In this document: one piece after another, positions 37,139-47,279 of the stretch
How the letters are laid out: every line of letters starts with the position of its first letter
Numbering within the stretch: the stretch's first letter is position 1
Assembly: GCA_035607055.1 (NCBI GenBank)
Contig: DATNDC010000191.1
Span: 15,946 to 79,945 of the forward strand
DNA length: 64,000 nt
Direction of reading: 5' to 3'
Source of the DNA: Polyangia bacterium
GTDB lineage: Bacteria; Myxococcota_A; Polyangia; Fen-1088
Program-made: the position numbers and the translations under genes
Notes under the pieces: generated by a model
Databases searched by the model: none
What the model was told of the DNA's origin: nothing
Seen by the model: the letters and a program-made list of their open reading frames with translations, nothing else

Positions 37139-38548
37139 CTACGGGCGGCTGGTCGCGTGCCCGAGCCGGGCGATCCGTCGAGAGATGATCTCGCGATCCG
37201 CGGCCCCGGGCGCCAGCTTCAGATACTTGCGCAGCGCGCGGATCGCCGCCGCCGTCCCCCCCTGCTGCTCGTACGCCAGTCCGAGGCCGCGGTAGCCTAT
37301 GGGATCGGCGGGGGCCAGGTCGACGGCCTTCCGATAGGCGGCGACGGCGCCCGCCGCGTCGCCGGCGAACAGCAGCGCGTTCCCGCGCTCGTAGCTCGCC
37401 CTCGCCTCACCGTCGTTGCCGGATGAAGGTGTCGCGCGCGACGTGATCTCCGTCTGGCGGGCGCTCCGCTTCTCGTGTCGGGCGTGCTTGCCGCGCTTGC
37501 CGTTCTTGGCGTAGCGGCGCTGGTGCGCCGTCGCGCGATGGGTGGTCCGGACCTTGGCGTGCGGTGCGGCGGTCGCGCTCCCCGCCGCCGCTTCGGCCCC
37601 CAGCTCGGCGCGGGCTCCCGCGCCTGACGGTTCTGCCTCGGCAGGGCGGGCCGGCTGGATCGCCGCCGAGGCGCGGGACGTGTCGTGCAAGGTCGCAAGA
37701 GGCGCTGAGATTGCCGCCCGGCGATCGGCCGAGCGGTGAAAGACCGCGATCGCGACCAGCAAGGTCGTCATCGCCGCGCCGGCCGCGATGGCGACGTTCC
37801 GCCTGGATCGAAAGCTGAACGCCATTGGCGGCGCGGCCAGGGCGAGCGTCGCGCCGGCGGTCGGGACGACGGCGGTCATGGCCAGCGCTGCCCGCGGCGG
37901 CTCGACCTGCGCAGATCGCACGACCGGAGGATGAACGGGCGGGGCCGGCGTGGGCGGGACAGGGGCCGGTCTCTCGACGGGTGGCGGACCCGCACCGACG
38001 AGCGTGGGCGCGCGACGCGGTTCGACCGGCGGCGCTGGAGGCGGGAGATCGAGCGGAACCGGTCGCTTCTCGGGCGCTGCCGGACGCTTGTCGACCGCCG
38101 GCGGAGTGGCCGACGTCACCACCGGAGCCGCGTTCACCGTGGCGGGCGCCTGAGCCGGCTTGGTGGTAACCGGCTCGGCGCGGACGGGTCCGGGGGCTCC
38201 AGTGACGGAGGGCATGGATCGGAGCGGGCTGCCCGCCGTGACCGACGGGAACAGCGAACGCGCTGGCGGGGGCGGCGATGTCACTGCCGCCGGCGCCGCC
38301 GTGCCGGCGGCGCCTTTCGTCTGGAACCACTCGTAGCTCTCCTCGTCGGAGGGCCGCGCGCGCACGGGCGGAGTGTGGCTCACCTGGAAACCGGCGTAGT
38401 CGTTGTCCCCGGAGGCGCCGGCCGGCGGCCGGCGCGGCGTGCGCTTGAGCCGGGTGGCGCAATGGGGACAGGTGGTGCCCTGCTCGAGGGCGCGCAGGGT
38501 CGCCCCGGGGAGCTCGCGCTGGCAAGCCGGACAGTTGCGCGCGTTCAT
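37139..38548 (-). CDS. Zinc-ribbon / Pro-rich / TM / C-terminal TPR protein
   Basis: N-terminal CPACQ...CPHC, a long Pro-rich region, one TM segment and C-terminal TPRs. Its ATG overlaps the upstream stop as ATGA. Confidence 0.6.
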   Translation of the reverse strand: MNARNCPACQRELPGATLRALEQGTTCPHCATRLKRTPRRPPAGASGDNDYAGFQVSHTPPVRARPSDEESYEWFQTKGAAGTAAPAAVTSPPPPARSLFPSVTAGSPLRSMPSVTGAPGPVRAEPVTTKPAQAPATVNAAPVVTSATPPAVDKRPAAPEKRPVPLDLPPPAPPVEPRRAPTLVGAGPPPVERPAPVPPTPAPPVHPPVVRSAQVEPPRAALAMTAVVPTAGATLALAAPPMAFSFRSRRNVAIAAGAAMTTLLVAIAVFHRSADRRAAISAPLATLHDTSRASAAIQPARPAEAEPSGAGARAELGAEAAAGSATAAPHAKVRTTHRATAHQRRYAKNGKRGKHARHEKRSARQTEITSRATPSSGNDGEARASYERGNALLFAGDAAGAVAAYRKAVDLAPADPIGYRGLGLAYEQQGGTAAAIRALRKYLKLAPGAADREIISRRIARLGHATSRP

Positions 38549-39075
38549 CGCGGTCCGTTCCTCGTCTTCAACCGGTCGACGAGCGCGGAGACGCCGGCGC
38601 GGGCCACCTCCACGCTGTCGAACGTCCGCTCGACCCGCTTGGGAGCGGCGCCGCCGCGCACGTCATAGAGCAGCAACGCCACCCGGACCTCGTGCGAGGA
38701 ATCGCCGGGCGCGCCGAGCTCGGCCCACAGGATCTCGTCGGCGCCGAGCGAACGGCCGACCGCGGTGTAGCAGCTCGGCGTCGGCTCCGTGCACTCGATG
38801 GCCAGCTGGGCGACCTCCATGCTGACCGCCGCCCTCACGCTGGTGGCGGAACCTGGGAGCGAGACCTGCCGGAGGTGCTCGTTGACGGCCTTGGCCAGCT
38901 CCCGGCCGCCGATCGATTCAGCCGGCAGCCAGGTCAGGCGGGCCGGGGGCGAGGCCTTCTCGGCCGTGCGGACAGGCGGCGTCCGGCCCGCGCAGCCGAG
39001 GGCGAGCAACAGCACCCCCGCGAGCACGTAGCTCCGCTCGCGTCTGGTGCGTTGCGCCGCCCCCGCGCTCGACAT
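38545..39075 (-). CDS. Hypothetical lipoprotein
   Basis: Lipobox LLALGC. 176 aa. Confidence 0.55.
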   Translation of the reverse strand: MSSAGAAQRTRRERSYVLAGVLLLALGCAGRTPPVRTAEKASPPARLTWLPAESIGGRELAKAVNEHLRQVSLPGSATSVRAAVSMEVAQLAIECTEPTPSCYTAVGRSLGADEILWAELGAPGDSSHEVRVALLLYDVRGGAAPKRVERTFDSVEVARAGVSALVDRLKTRNGPR

Positions 39076-39190
39076 GATTCCCCGGATCTATCGGGACGCC
39101 CGCGCTGGGACTGAAGGGTAGGACACGGTGATTTCATCGCCTACCCGGCCGGTCGCGCCCGAAACGGGTGCCTCACCGGAGGGTTGGCGG

Positions 39191-39976
39191 TCAGGCGCGC
39201 GCGACGACGACGAACGCGGCGCCGTCCAGAAACACGCCGCGCGCGCCGGCGAACGGCGCCAGCGCTTCGCCGAGCGCGGTCTCGAGCGCCGGCCTGAGTC
39301 CCTCCGGCGCTTCGGCCATCGCGCGCGCCGCCGGGCCGATCTGAAGGGAGTACGCGACCGCTTCGTCGAGCGTCGCGGCGCCCCCGAGGTGCAACGGCAT
39401 TTCCACCGGCTCGAGCGCGACGTCTTTCCAGCCGGCGTCGGCCAGGATCGCGCGCAGCTGCCCGGGCTCGGAGAGGAAGAACGGTCCCGGCCGGCCCGGG
39501 CGCAGCAGGTCGGGCAGGGCCGACTCCGGCAGCAGGCGCAGCACGGCCTCGAGCGGGCGCGACGCCCAGGGGTTCTTGGCGAGCTCCTGCCAGCAGACGA
39601 ACGAGAGCCGGCCGCCCGGCCGCGCCCCGCCGCGCAGATTGCGGAACGCCGCCCGGGGATCCTCGAAGAACATGACGCCGAAGCGCGAGTAGAGGGCGTC
39701 GAACGCCCCCGGAGCGAAGGCGTACGTCTGGGCGTCTCCCAGCGCCACCGCGATCGTGGGCCGCCCGGCGATCCGCTCCTGCGCGCGCGCCAGCATCGGG
39801 GGCGAGATGTCGACGCCCAGCACGTGCCCGGCGGGGCCGGCGCGTTCGGCGAGCTCGAGCAGCGTCTGGCCGCACCCACACCCCACGTCGAGCACCCGCT
39901 CGCCCGCGACGACGCCCAGACGCTCGATGGCGACGCGTCCCAGGGGATCGATGAGCGCATCGGTGCGCTCCTGCAT
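39191..39976 (-). CDS. Class I SAM-dependent methyltransferase
   Basis: VLDVGCGCGQTLLELA (motif I). The ATG at 39976 is preferred, because the longer track ORF adds a low-complexity leader. Confidence 0.8.
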   Translation of the reverse strand: MQERTDALIDPLGRVAIERLGVVAGERVLDVGCGCGQTLLELAERAGPAGHVLGVDISPPMLARAQERIAGRPTIAVALGDAQTYAFAPGAFDALYSRFGVMFFEDPRAAFRNLRGGARPGGRLSFVCWQELAKNPWASRPLEAVLRLLPESALPDLLRPGRPGPFFLSEPGQLRAILADAGWKDVALEPVEMPLHLGGAATLDEAVAYSLQIGPAARAMAEAPEGLRPALETALGEALAPFAGARGVFLDGAAFVVVARA

Positions 39977-40103
39977 CCGGACCCAGGCCTGGCCCGCCTT
40001 CTCGACGAAGGACTGGCTCGCGCGCGGCGGATCGGCACGGTCGGCGGAAGACAAACCAGCCCTTTGATGATCGGCACGCGGCGCGGTTACAGGCCCGCGG
40101 GCC

Positions 40104-42443
40104 TCAGCCCAGTCCCCGGCCACGGACGGGAGAAGGGAGGCGCTGCTCGGTCGAGCGCGCGGTCAAGTCGTCGAAGGCGTCGACCTCGATCGCTTCCGCT
40201 CGGCCGCGTTCCGCCGCCGCCAGCAATTGCCGCTCCTCGCCACCAATCACGCCCGCGGCCAGGGCACGCTCGGCGAGCGTCGAGCGCGGCGAGGGGGCGA
40301 GGCGGCCCCCGCGGACGGCCTCCCGGAGCTTGGCCTCGGCCGGCCGCGCGGCCACGCAGGCAGCCAGCGCCGCCTCCAGGCGGCCGAGCCCGATCTCTTG
40401 CGGCGGCGGGAGGTAGATGTCCGAGGTGAGGCGCTCGCGCGGGGGACGCCCCTCGAGGAGGCTGCGGGCCACCTCCGAACCGAGCGCGTCGCCGGGTGGG
40501 GGTTCCCGTCCACCGACGGGGAACACGAGCAGGTGCAGCAGCCAGGCGACGGGGCGATTCGGGAAGTTGGCGACGAAGCCGCGCAGCGCCTGGTCGACCC
40601 GGAACAACGCCTGCTCGCACGCCCAGCGCAGGAACGGGAGATCGTCTTCGCGCCGCCCGTCGTCCCAGAACCGCTTGCAGGCCGCGGAGCCGAGGTACAT
40701 CCAGGCCAGCGCGTCGGCCAGCCGCCCGCTCAGCTTCTCCCGCCGCTTGAGCTGGCCCCCCAGCGTGGCCATGGCCGCGTCGGAGATGACCGCGAACGCG
40801 GCGCTCATGCGCCCGAGTCGCGCCAGGTAGCCGCGGAGTGGCTGCGGCACCCCCCGCGGACCCCCGAGCCGCCCGGCGAACAACCCGTGCCCGAAGGCGC
40901 GCGCCGCGTTGCGCGCCAGGAACCCGAGGTGGCCGCAAAAGGCGCGATCGAAGCGGGCGACGTCGTGCGCCTCGAGCGCCTGCATCTCCTCGAGGACGTG
41001 CGGGTGGCAGCGGATGCCGCCCTGACCGTAAATGATGAGCGAGCGGGTGAGGATGTTCGCGCCCTCGACGGTGATGGCGATGGGGGCGGAGGCATAGCCC
41101 TCGGCCAGGAGGTTGCGCGGTCCCCGACAGACGCCGGCGCCGGCGACGATGTCCATCGCGTCGAGCATCGAGGTGCGCATCCCCTCGGTCAGGTAGGCCT
41201 TGACGATGGCGGAGACGACGGCGGGACGCTGGCCGGCGTCGACGGCGCCCGCCGTGAGGACGCGGGCGGCGTTCATGAGGTAGGCCATGCCGCCCAGGCG
41301 CGCCAGCGGCTCCTCGATCCCTTCGAAGCGCCCGATGGGGAGGTCGAATTGCTCGCGCACCGTCGCGTAGGCGCCCGTCACGCGCGCCGCCAGCTCGACG
41401 CCGGCCACCGAGAGCGCCGGCAGCGAGATGGCGCGGCCGGCGGCCAGCGTCTCCATCAACATCCGCCAGCCGGCCCCCGCGCCGGCCGGCCCGCCGATGA
41501 TGGCGTCCAGCGGCACCAGCACGTCGCTGCCGCTGGTGGGGCCGTTCTGGAACGGGACGCCCATCGGATCGTGTCGCTTGCCGATGTCGATGCCGGGCAG
41601 GTGCGCGGGAACCAGCGCGCAGGTGATGCCCAGGTCCTCGGCGCCGCCGAGCAGGTGCTCGGGGTCATAAAGCCGGAAGGCGAGCCCGATGAGCGTGGCG
41701 ATCGGCCCCAGCGTCGTGTACCGCTTGCGCCAGGTGAGCCGGATGCCGAGGCCCTCGCGCCCGTCGAACGTGGCGTGGCAGACGATCCCGGTGCTCTCGG
41801 TGGCGGCGGCGTCGCTCCCCGCTTCGGGGCCGGTCAGGGCGAAACAGGGGATCTCCTGGCCGGTCGCCAGGCGCGGCAGGTAGCGGCGCTTCTGCTCGTC
41901 GGTGCCATAGGCGAGCAGCAGCTCGGCCGGCCCGAGCGAGTTCGGCACCATGACGGTGACCGCCGCCGCCAGGCTGCGGCTGGCGATCTTGGTGATCACG
42001 GCCGAGTGAGCGATGGTGGAGAAGCCAAGGCCGCCGTGCGCCTCGGGGATGATCATCCCGAAGAAGCGCTGGCGCTTGAGGAACAGCCAGACGTCGGGCG
42101 GCAGGTCGTGCAGCCGCCCGTTGCGCTCCTCGTCCAGCATCGCGCACAGCTCCTCGACCGGACCGTCGAGGAAGGCGCGCTCCCGCGCGGTGATCTTCCG
42201 GAGCTGGAACTGCAGCAGCTTTCCCCAGTCGGGATCGCCCGAGAAGAGGTCGCCGTCCCACCAGACCGTCCCCGCCTCCAGCGCGATCCGCTCGGTGGCG
42301 CCGATCTTCGGCAGCGCCCGGCCGAGCGCGCGCATCACGAGCGGGGTCACCAGGCGGCGGCGGATCGGCGGCAGAGCCGCCACGGCCACACCGAGGACGA
42401 CCAGCGCGCCGAGCACGATGGCGACACCCAGCGCGGCTGTCAT
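40104..42443 (-). CDS. fadE: Long-form acyl-CoA dehydrogenase
   Basis: 779 aa with an N-terminal TM segment, collinear with E. coli FadE (for example GQEIPCFALTGPEAGSDAA and APIAITVEGANILTRSLIIYGQGGIRCHPHVLEEM). Confidence 0.95.
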   Translation of the reverse strand: MTAALGVAIVLGALVVLGVAVAALPPIRRRLVTPLVMRALGRALPKIGATERIALEAGTVWWDGDLFSGDPDWGKLLQFQLRKITARERAFLDGPVEELCAMLDEERNGRLHDLPPDVWLFLKRQRFFGMIIPEAHGGLGFSTIAHSAVITKIASRSLAAAVTVMVPNSLGPAELLLAYGTDEQKRRYLPRLATGQEIPCFALTGPEAGSDAAATESTGIVCHATFDGREGLGIRLTWRKRYTTLGPIATLIGLAFRLYDPEHLLGGAEDLGITCALVPAHLPGIDIGKRHDPMGVPFQNGPTSGSDVLVPLDAIIGGPAGAGAGWRMLMETLAAGRAISLPALSVAGVELAARVTGAYATVREQFDLPIGRFEGIEEPLARLGGMAYLMNAARVLTAGAVDAGQRPAVVSAIVKAYLTEGMRTSMLDAMDIVAGAGVCRGPRNLLAEGYASAPIAITVEGANILTRSLIIYGQGGIRCHPHVLEEMQALEAHDVARFDRAFCGHLGFLARNAARAFGHGLFAGRLGGPRGVPQPLRGYLARLGRMSAAFAVISDAAMATLGGQLKRREKLSGRLADALAWMYLGSAACKRFWDDGRREDDLPFLRWACEQALFRVDQALRGFVANFPNRPVAWLLHLLVFPVGGREPPPGDALGSEVARSLLEGRPPRERLTSDIYLPPPQEIGLGRLEAALAACVAARPAEAKLREAVRGGRLAPSPRSTLAERALAAGVIGGEERQLLAAAERGRAEAIEVDAFDDLTARSTEQRLPSPVRGRGLG

Positions 42444-42585
42444 AGATGCTGTTCCCCGTCCATGGAGCCCCGTCCATAAAGGTAATGCCTGGGCCGTCGC
42501 TCGTCAGTCGGGACGCGTTCGGCTTGGGGCAGCGCGCCGACCTCAGGCGTCCGGGCTCCGGTCGCCGGATGCGAGAGCCTGCCGG

Positions 42586-43239
42586 CTACGAGCTCAAGGT
42601 GCGCGGGACCGCGCGGGTGAGAGCTTCCTTGAGCAGGCCGACCCGGTTGCGGACGGCGAGGAGCTGCTGCCGGAGCGCGTCCGTCTTCCCGGAGAGATCG
42701 CCGAAATCAGCCGCGCGGGCGTCACCGGCCAGCGTCTCGGCCGCCCGCACGACGGCCGTCATCTGCGCTTCGAGCTCATCGATCCGCGACAAGACGGACG
42801 AGAGATCCTCCTGGTTCATGCCGCGCTCGATCTTGTGCTCTGCGGCCAGCGTCTGCGCCGTGGCGTTCAGCTCCCCGGCGTCGCGACCGACCGCCTCGAA
42901 CCGCTTCGCCAGGGCGGCGTAGGTCTCGCCGCGCCGCTGAACCTCGAGCGCGCGCGCCCTCACCTCCTCGTCGCGGGCCTGCTGGGCTTCGCGCGCCGCG
43001 GTCAGCGCCGCCCCCAGCGCCTGGGCGTGCCTCTGCAGATCCTCCTCGCAGGCCGCCACCTTTTGCAGCGCCTGCGCCGCGCGCGCCAGCCCCTCGGCGG
43101 ACTCGAGCCCGGCGCGTCCGACCGCTTGCGCGAGCGCGTCGAAGCGTTCGAGCGTCTCGCTGAACGCCAGCGCGGCGGCCACCAGAGGAGCGGGCTCAGT
43201 CGACTTGGGGGAAGGCACGGCGACAGGCCAGACTACCAC
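42586..43239 (-). CDS. Coiled-coil hypothetical protein (start uncertain)
   Basis: Ala/Glu/Arg-rich heptad-like sequence for about 200 aa. No clear SD was found; GTG at 43237-43239 is one of several candidate starts. Confidence 0.4.
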   Translation of the reverse strand: MVVWPVAVPSPKSTEPAPLVAAALAFSETLERFDALAQAVGRAGLESAEGLARAAQALQKVAACEEDLQRHAQALGAALTAAREAQQARDEEVRARALEVQRRGETYAALAKRFEAVGRDAGELNATAQTLAAEHKIERGMNQEDLSSVLSRIDELEAQMTAVVRAAETLAGDARAADFGDLSGKTDALRQQLLAVRNRVGLLKEALTRAVPRTLSS

Positions 43240-43541
43240 CGGCCGCTCACGAGCGGCGCCGCGCCTTTGGCCACAGCGCGTACGCCAGCACCGGCGAAAG
43301 CGCGACCAGCTCCACCGCGGCCACGCGAAGCCCCTCCCCCGACAAGAAAGCCGGTCCTCTCGGCGGGGACCGGAACCTTCTTGCACCCTTCGATGAGGAA
43401 CGGGGTCCGTCGACGTTGATCGTGCCGCGCGCGTCGCGGTTGCGGTCCCGCGTGGCGTACCAGCCTCCCCGAAGCTCCGAGCGACCTGTCGGCCTTTGCG
43501 ACGGGCCGTCAGCGAACCGTGTTCGCCCGAGTGAATCGCGG

Positions 43542-43582
43542 GCGTGCGGACGAGGCGCTCTGTGAGCACCCCGTCCGCACGC
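43542..43582 (-). terminator. 11-bp GC-rich hairpin downstream of gene 43610..44896
   Basis: GCGTGCGGACG-(19 nt)-CGTCCGCACGC, 27 nt past the stop. No U-tract follows. Confidence 0.3.
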
Positions 43583-43609
43583 CACGCCCGCCCACCCCGC
43601 CGACCCCAC

Positions 43610-44896
43610 TCAGTTGGGAATGACGAAGGTCCGAAAGTGGAGGTCGAACCCTTCGCTGGCGAACGACTGCCAGGTCGTCCCGCCGTCGAAGGTCGTGAAC
43701 ATCGTCCCGGCCGGATAGAGGTCGCCGTCCGATCCGTTCCACGACGCCGTGTTCTCGATCCCGTTGACGAACGGCGGCGCGTCCGGGTAGTCGACCAGGA
43801 TGGCGTACTGCTGGCCGGCCACCTGGGGGATCGAGCCCCCGAGCGGGATCACCGTGTTGATGGAGAGGTCGCCGCCGCGCGCGGCGCGCGCCGACCCGAG
43901 GACCACGTTGCTCGGGATGCCGCCGGCGAGCGCTTCGATCTGAATGCGCGCGATCTGGGTGACGTCGATGGCGCTCACGTCGATGGCCACCCCCTGCAGG
44001 GTGCCGCTGATGCCGGCGGTGTACGACTGGGCCATCAACGCCGGCTTGCCGTAGAGCCCGTCGCTGAGGTCGTTGCCGGTGATGAAGGACTGGTCGAGCT
44101 CGGCTGTGTTCGAGACGCAGACCGAGCTCTGGTCGAAGTGCACCGCCGCGCCCGAGTTGAGCGTGACGCTGCTGCCGACGACGGTGCCGAACACCGGCCC
44201 GCTGACCACCAGCGCCGACGTCGGCGCGTAGACGAGCCCGAAGAACGCGCCGCCGCTGTTGACGTTGACGAACCCGGCGCTGGTGACCAGAAACGCCAGG
44301 TTCTTGGGGATCCCCCTGAGATTCAGGTTTCCGCCCAAGTTGAGGCTCCCCGTCACCCAGATGCGGACCTGGCCGGCCGGCGAGACGTTGATCGCCCCTG
44401 GCGCGGACACGTTGACGTTGGCCGCAACGTAGTTTCCCGGAGCCAGCGTGATGCTCTGGGCGGCGCTGCCGATGCTGAGCGCGCCCGGGGTGCGCGCCCC
44501 CAGCGGCAGGTTCTTCGCGCCCGCCGGGACCGGCACGACGGCCAGCCCCGCCGGCGCGTGCTGCCTCAGCGTCCCGTGAATGACGCCCCCGTTGTTCGAG
44601 ATGGTGGTCGCCGCCTGGACGACCGCCGCGCTCCCCACGTTGGTCCCGCCGTAGGCGCCCAGGCTCGACTGGTAGGAATCGACGAGCGTGCTCGCCCCGA
44701 CCAGAACGTTGCCGGTGTTCGCAACGACGGCGTCCGCCCACGCGGCGCACGGTACCGGGTCGGCCGGGGCGCTGCTCAACGCCGATTCAATGCTCGTCGT
44801 GGCGTCGCCCTCGACATCCGTTGAGCAGCCGACACCGGTCAACGCAAGCAACATGACGGAAACAGTTCCCACACTCGTAACCAATGGTTTTCTCAT
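43610..44896 (-). CDS. Secreted lipoprotein of unknown function
   Basis: Signal plus lipobox MRKPLVTSVGTVSVMLLALTGVGC from the ATG at 44896. The body is beta-rich. Confidence 0.65.
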   Translation of the reverse strand: MRKPLVTSVGTVSVMLLALTGVGCSTDVEGDATTSIESALSSAPADPVPCAAWADAVVANTGNVLVGASTLVDSYQSSLGAYGGTNVGSAAVVQAATTISNNGGVIHGTLRQHAPAGLAVVPVPAGAKNLPLGARTPGALSIGSAAQSITLAPGNYVAANVNVSAPGAINVSPAGQVRIWVTGSLNLGGNLNLRGIPKNLAFLVTSAGFVNVNSGGAFFGLVYAPTSALVVSGPVFGTVVGSSVTLNSGAAVHFDQSSVCVSNTAELDQSFITGNDLSDGLYGKPALMAQSYTAGISGTLQGVAIDVSAIDVTQIARIQIEALAGGIPSNVVLGSARAARGGDLSINTVIPLGGSIPQVAGQQYAILVDYPDAPPFVNGIENTASWNGSDGDLYPAGTMFTTFDGGTTWQSFASEGFDLHFRTFVIPN

Positions 44897-45058
44897 GACG
44901 AGTCCTCTCCCTCCATCCCCCGGCACAACCGCCGACGGAGCTCGCCATCATTCCCGACGGCGACCGTGCTGATCGCCAAGAGGAACGTTTTTCGTCTCGG
45001 GTCGATTTTCGGGTCGGCGGAATTACACCTCCGCCCGCCGTCGCTCGCGGCGCTCAGG

Positions 45059-45079
45059 CCGATAAACCTGGCTTATCGG
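45059..45079 (-). terminator. 7-bp hairpin downstream of the GH27 gene
   Basis: CCGATAA-acctggc-TTATCGG, 30 nt past the stop. The stem is weak and there is no U-tract. Confidence 0.25.
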
Positions 45080-45108
45080 AGAGCAGCGGCCGCGAAGCAA
45101 CCACTCGG

Positions 45109-47190
45109 CTAGCGGCGCCGGCGCCGCCGGCGCCAGAGTCCGGCAAGCGCCAGGAGAAGCAGGCCCGGCTCTGCCGTTTCGCTGGCGCCGATGGCGCAGC
45201 TGCAACCGCTGGCGCCGCCCGTGCTGTCGCTCGGCGCGCCGGCCATTCCCGCGCGCCCGCCGATCTCCGCGCTCCCCGCGGTGCCGAGGCTGCCGCCCGC
45301 GCCGGACGCGCCACCGGTGCCGTCGCGCCCACCGGTGCCGTGCGGGCCCGAACCGGCGCCGCCGCCGCTGGCGGTCGTGCCCGCGCCGCCCGACTGGCCG
45401 CCCGCAGCTCCCTGCCCGCCCGCCCCGCCCGGCTGGCCGCCCGAACCGCGCACCCCGCCGGCGCCGCCCGTGCCCGTCGCACCGGCGCCGGCCTTCCCGC
45501 CGCCGCCCGCGCCGCCCGCGCCGCCCCCGGCGCCGCCCGTCGAGGGAGGCGAGAGGACGTACATCAACGCGGCGCCGTAAGGGACGTTGGCGGAGATCCC
45601 GGTGGTCATCCCGGTCACGTCGGCGCGGTTCCAGAGATCGCGGACGGCCGGCGTCCCCGAGACGCCGAGCTGGGCGAACGAGACCGCGATCGTCGCGTCC
45701 TGCGTGCCCCGGTTGAACAGCGCCACCGCCTTGCGCCCGGCGCTGAGATCGCGCGCCCACACCTCCGTCGAGCTCGATTGCGCGATCCGCTTGGCGTGCG
45801 TCCCGAGCGCGTCCTGGTTGACCGCCAGCACCTCTTCATTGGTGAGCAGCGCCACCGTCCACGGCCCGGTGGTCGCGTCGCTGGTCAGCGACTGGACGTT
45901 GCCCCCGAAGATCAGCGGCGACGGCAAGATGCTCCACAGCGACAGGATCGTCACCTGGTCGTTGTGCGTGAGCGTGGTCTCGCCCGAGGCGTGCCACTCG
46001 CAGCGCGGGCCGAGATAGCCGAGCGGCAGCATGTCCGTGTCGGGCCAGTGACCGGCGGCAAGTCCGCTCGAGGCCTGCCAGGTCCCGGCCGCGGTGAAGA
46101 CGCCCGCCAGGTTGGTGATGGCGTTGTAATCCCAGAAGTCGTCCACGATCCGCCACATGTCGGCGTCGGCGTTCAGGTCGGCGACCGAGCTCGGCAGCCA
46201 GGAGGGATCGTCCGCGCCCGGCGAGAAGCTCACCACGATGGCCCGCCCCGACTTGGCGACCGACTTGCGGATCGCGTCGGCCTCCGCCTGGTGGTAGCTC
46301 TTCGTCGTGTTGTTCAGCATGTCGTCGATCTTCACGAAGTCGATTCCCCACTGCGCGTACTCGGCGAAGAGCGCGTCGTACCAGGCCTGACCGGCGGCGC
46401 TGCTGCCGTTCACCCCCCACATGTGCTGGTCCCAGGGGCAGGGATCGTTGGTGTTGGCCGCGTCGGCGGCGTGATACGTCGAGCCGGCGATGGGCGCGTT
46501 GGCGGTCACGGCGGTGCGCGGGATGCCGCGCATGATGTGGATCCCGAAGCCGAGCCCGAGCGCGTGGATCTGATCGGCGAGCGGCTTGAGCCCGGTCGTG
46601 CCCGTCGCCGAGGGGTACTTCGAAATCGAGGGCAGATAGCGGCCGTCGGCGTCGAGCGTGTCCTCGGGATCGTACCAGCGGTAGTCGATGACCACCGTGT
46701 TCCACCCGAAGGGTTGCAGGGTCGACTTGAGCGCCTGCGCCTGCGCCACGACTTCGCTCTCCTTCACGCTGGCGCCGTAGGCGTCGTAGCTGTTCCAGCC
46801 CATCGGGGGCGTCGGGCGCAGCGTCGTCCCGGAGACCAAGGTCAGCGTGGCGGTCGCGCTTCCGGCGCCGTTCGTGACGGTGACCGCGATCGGGTATGAG
46901 CCCGCGGCCGGCGCGGTCCCCGAGAGGATGCCGGTGCCCGCCAGCGTGAGCCCCGACGGTAAACCCGTCGCCGTGAAGGTGAGCGGCGCCTGCCCGGTCG
47001 CCGGGATCGTGTAGAGAAACGGCGTGGCCGGGACGGCGCCGACGACGAAGGGTGGCTGAAGCCGCGGCGCCGCGGGGGGCGCGGCCATCGAGATGGTGAT
47101 CGTGGTCTGCGCGGCCCGCGCCGCGTCGGTCAGGATCAGGGCGCCGACCAGGCAGGCGGGCAGCAGCGACACGCGCAGGAGCTTGGGCAT
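45109..47190 (-). CDS. GH27-like alpha-galactosidase-family glycosidase with N-terminal Ig-like repeats, a Gly-rich spacer and a MYXO-CTERM-like tail
   Basis: GWNSYDAYG and IDFVKIDDM (melibiase TIM-barrel motifs) and N-terminal LPSGLTL Ig-like units. The C-terminus is GGASGCSCAIG...LLLLALAGLWRRRRRRR. ATG at 47190 gives a signal peptide. Confidence 0.75.
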   Translation of the reverse strand: MPKLLRVSLLPACLVGALILTDAARAAQTTITISMAAPPAAPRLQPPFVVGAVPATPFLYTIPATGQAPLTFTATGLPSGLTLAGTGILSGTAPAAGSYPIAVTVTNGAGSATATLTLVSGTTLRPTPPMGWNSYDAYGASVKESEVVAQAQALKSTLQPFGWNTVVIDYRWYDPEDTLDADGRYLPSISKYPSATGTTGLKPLADQIHALGLGFGIHIMRGIPRTAVTANAPIAGSTYHAADAANTNDPCPWDQHMWGVNGSSAAGQAWYDALFAEYAQWGIDFVKIDDMLNNTTKSYHQAEADAIRKSVAKSGRAIVVSFSPGADDPSWLPSSVADLNADADMWRIVDDFWDYNAITNLAGVFTAAGTWQASSGLAAGHWPDTDMLPLGYLGPRCEWHASGETTLTHNDQVTILSLWSILPSPLIFGGNVQSLTSDATTGPWTVALLTNEEVLAVNQDALGTHAKRIAQSSSTEVWARDLSAGRKAVALFNRGTQDATIAVSFAQLGVSGTPAVRDLWNRADVTGMTTGISANVPYGAALMYVLSPPSTGGAGGGAGGAGGGGKAGAGATGTGGAGGVRGSGGQPGGAGGQGAAGGQSGGAGTTASGGGAGSGPHGTGGRDGTGGASGAGGSLGTAGSAEIGGRAGMAGAPSDSTGGASGCSCAIGASETAEPGLLLLALAGLWRRRRRRR

Positions 47191-47279
47191 GGGGCGTCTC
47201 CTTGTGAGCCGACCACGATCTGATACTCCAGGCAAAAAGAGGCTCGCTATCGCTGCGATGTTCGAACTATGGTCTATTT

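Noticed and set aside
40227-42479. 750-aa plus-strand ORF antisense to fadE. Similar giant antisense ORFs are 50512..53058(-), 53107..54975(-), 18505..20520(-), 28771..30351(+), 27573..29021(+), 43544..44824(+) and 55666..56946(-).
   Set aside because: The translations are Arg/Gly/Pro/Asp-rich low complexity with no motifs. In each case the opposite strand encodes a protein with clear family signatures or signal peptides. Long shadow ORFs of this kind are expected in DNA this GC-rich.
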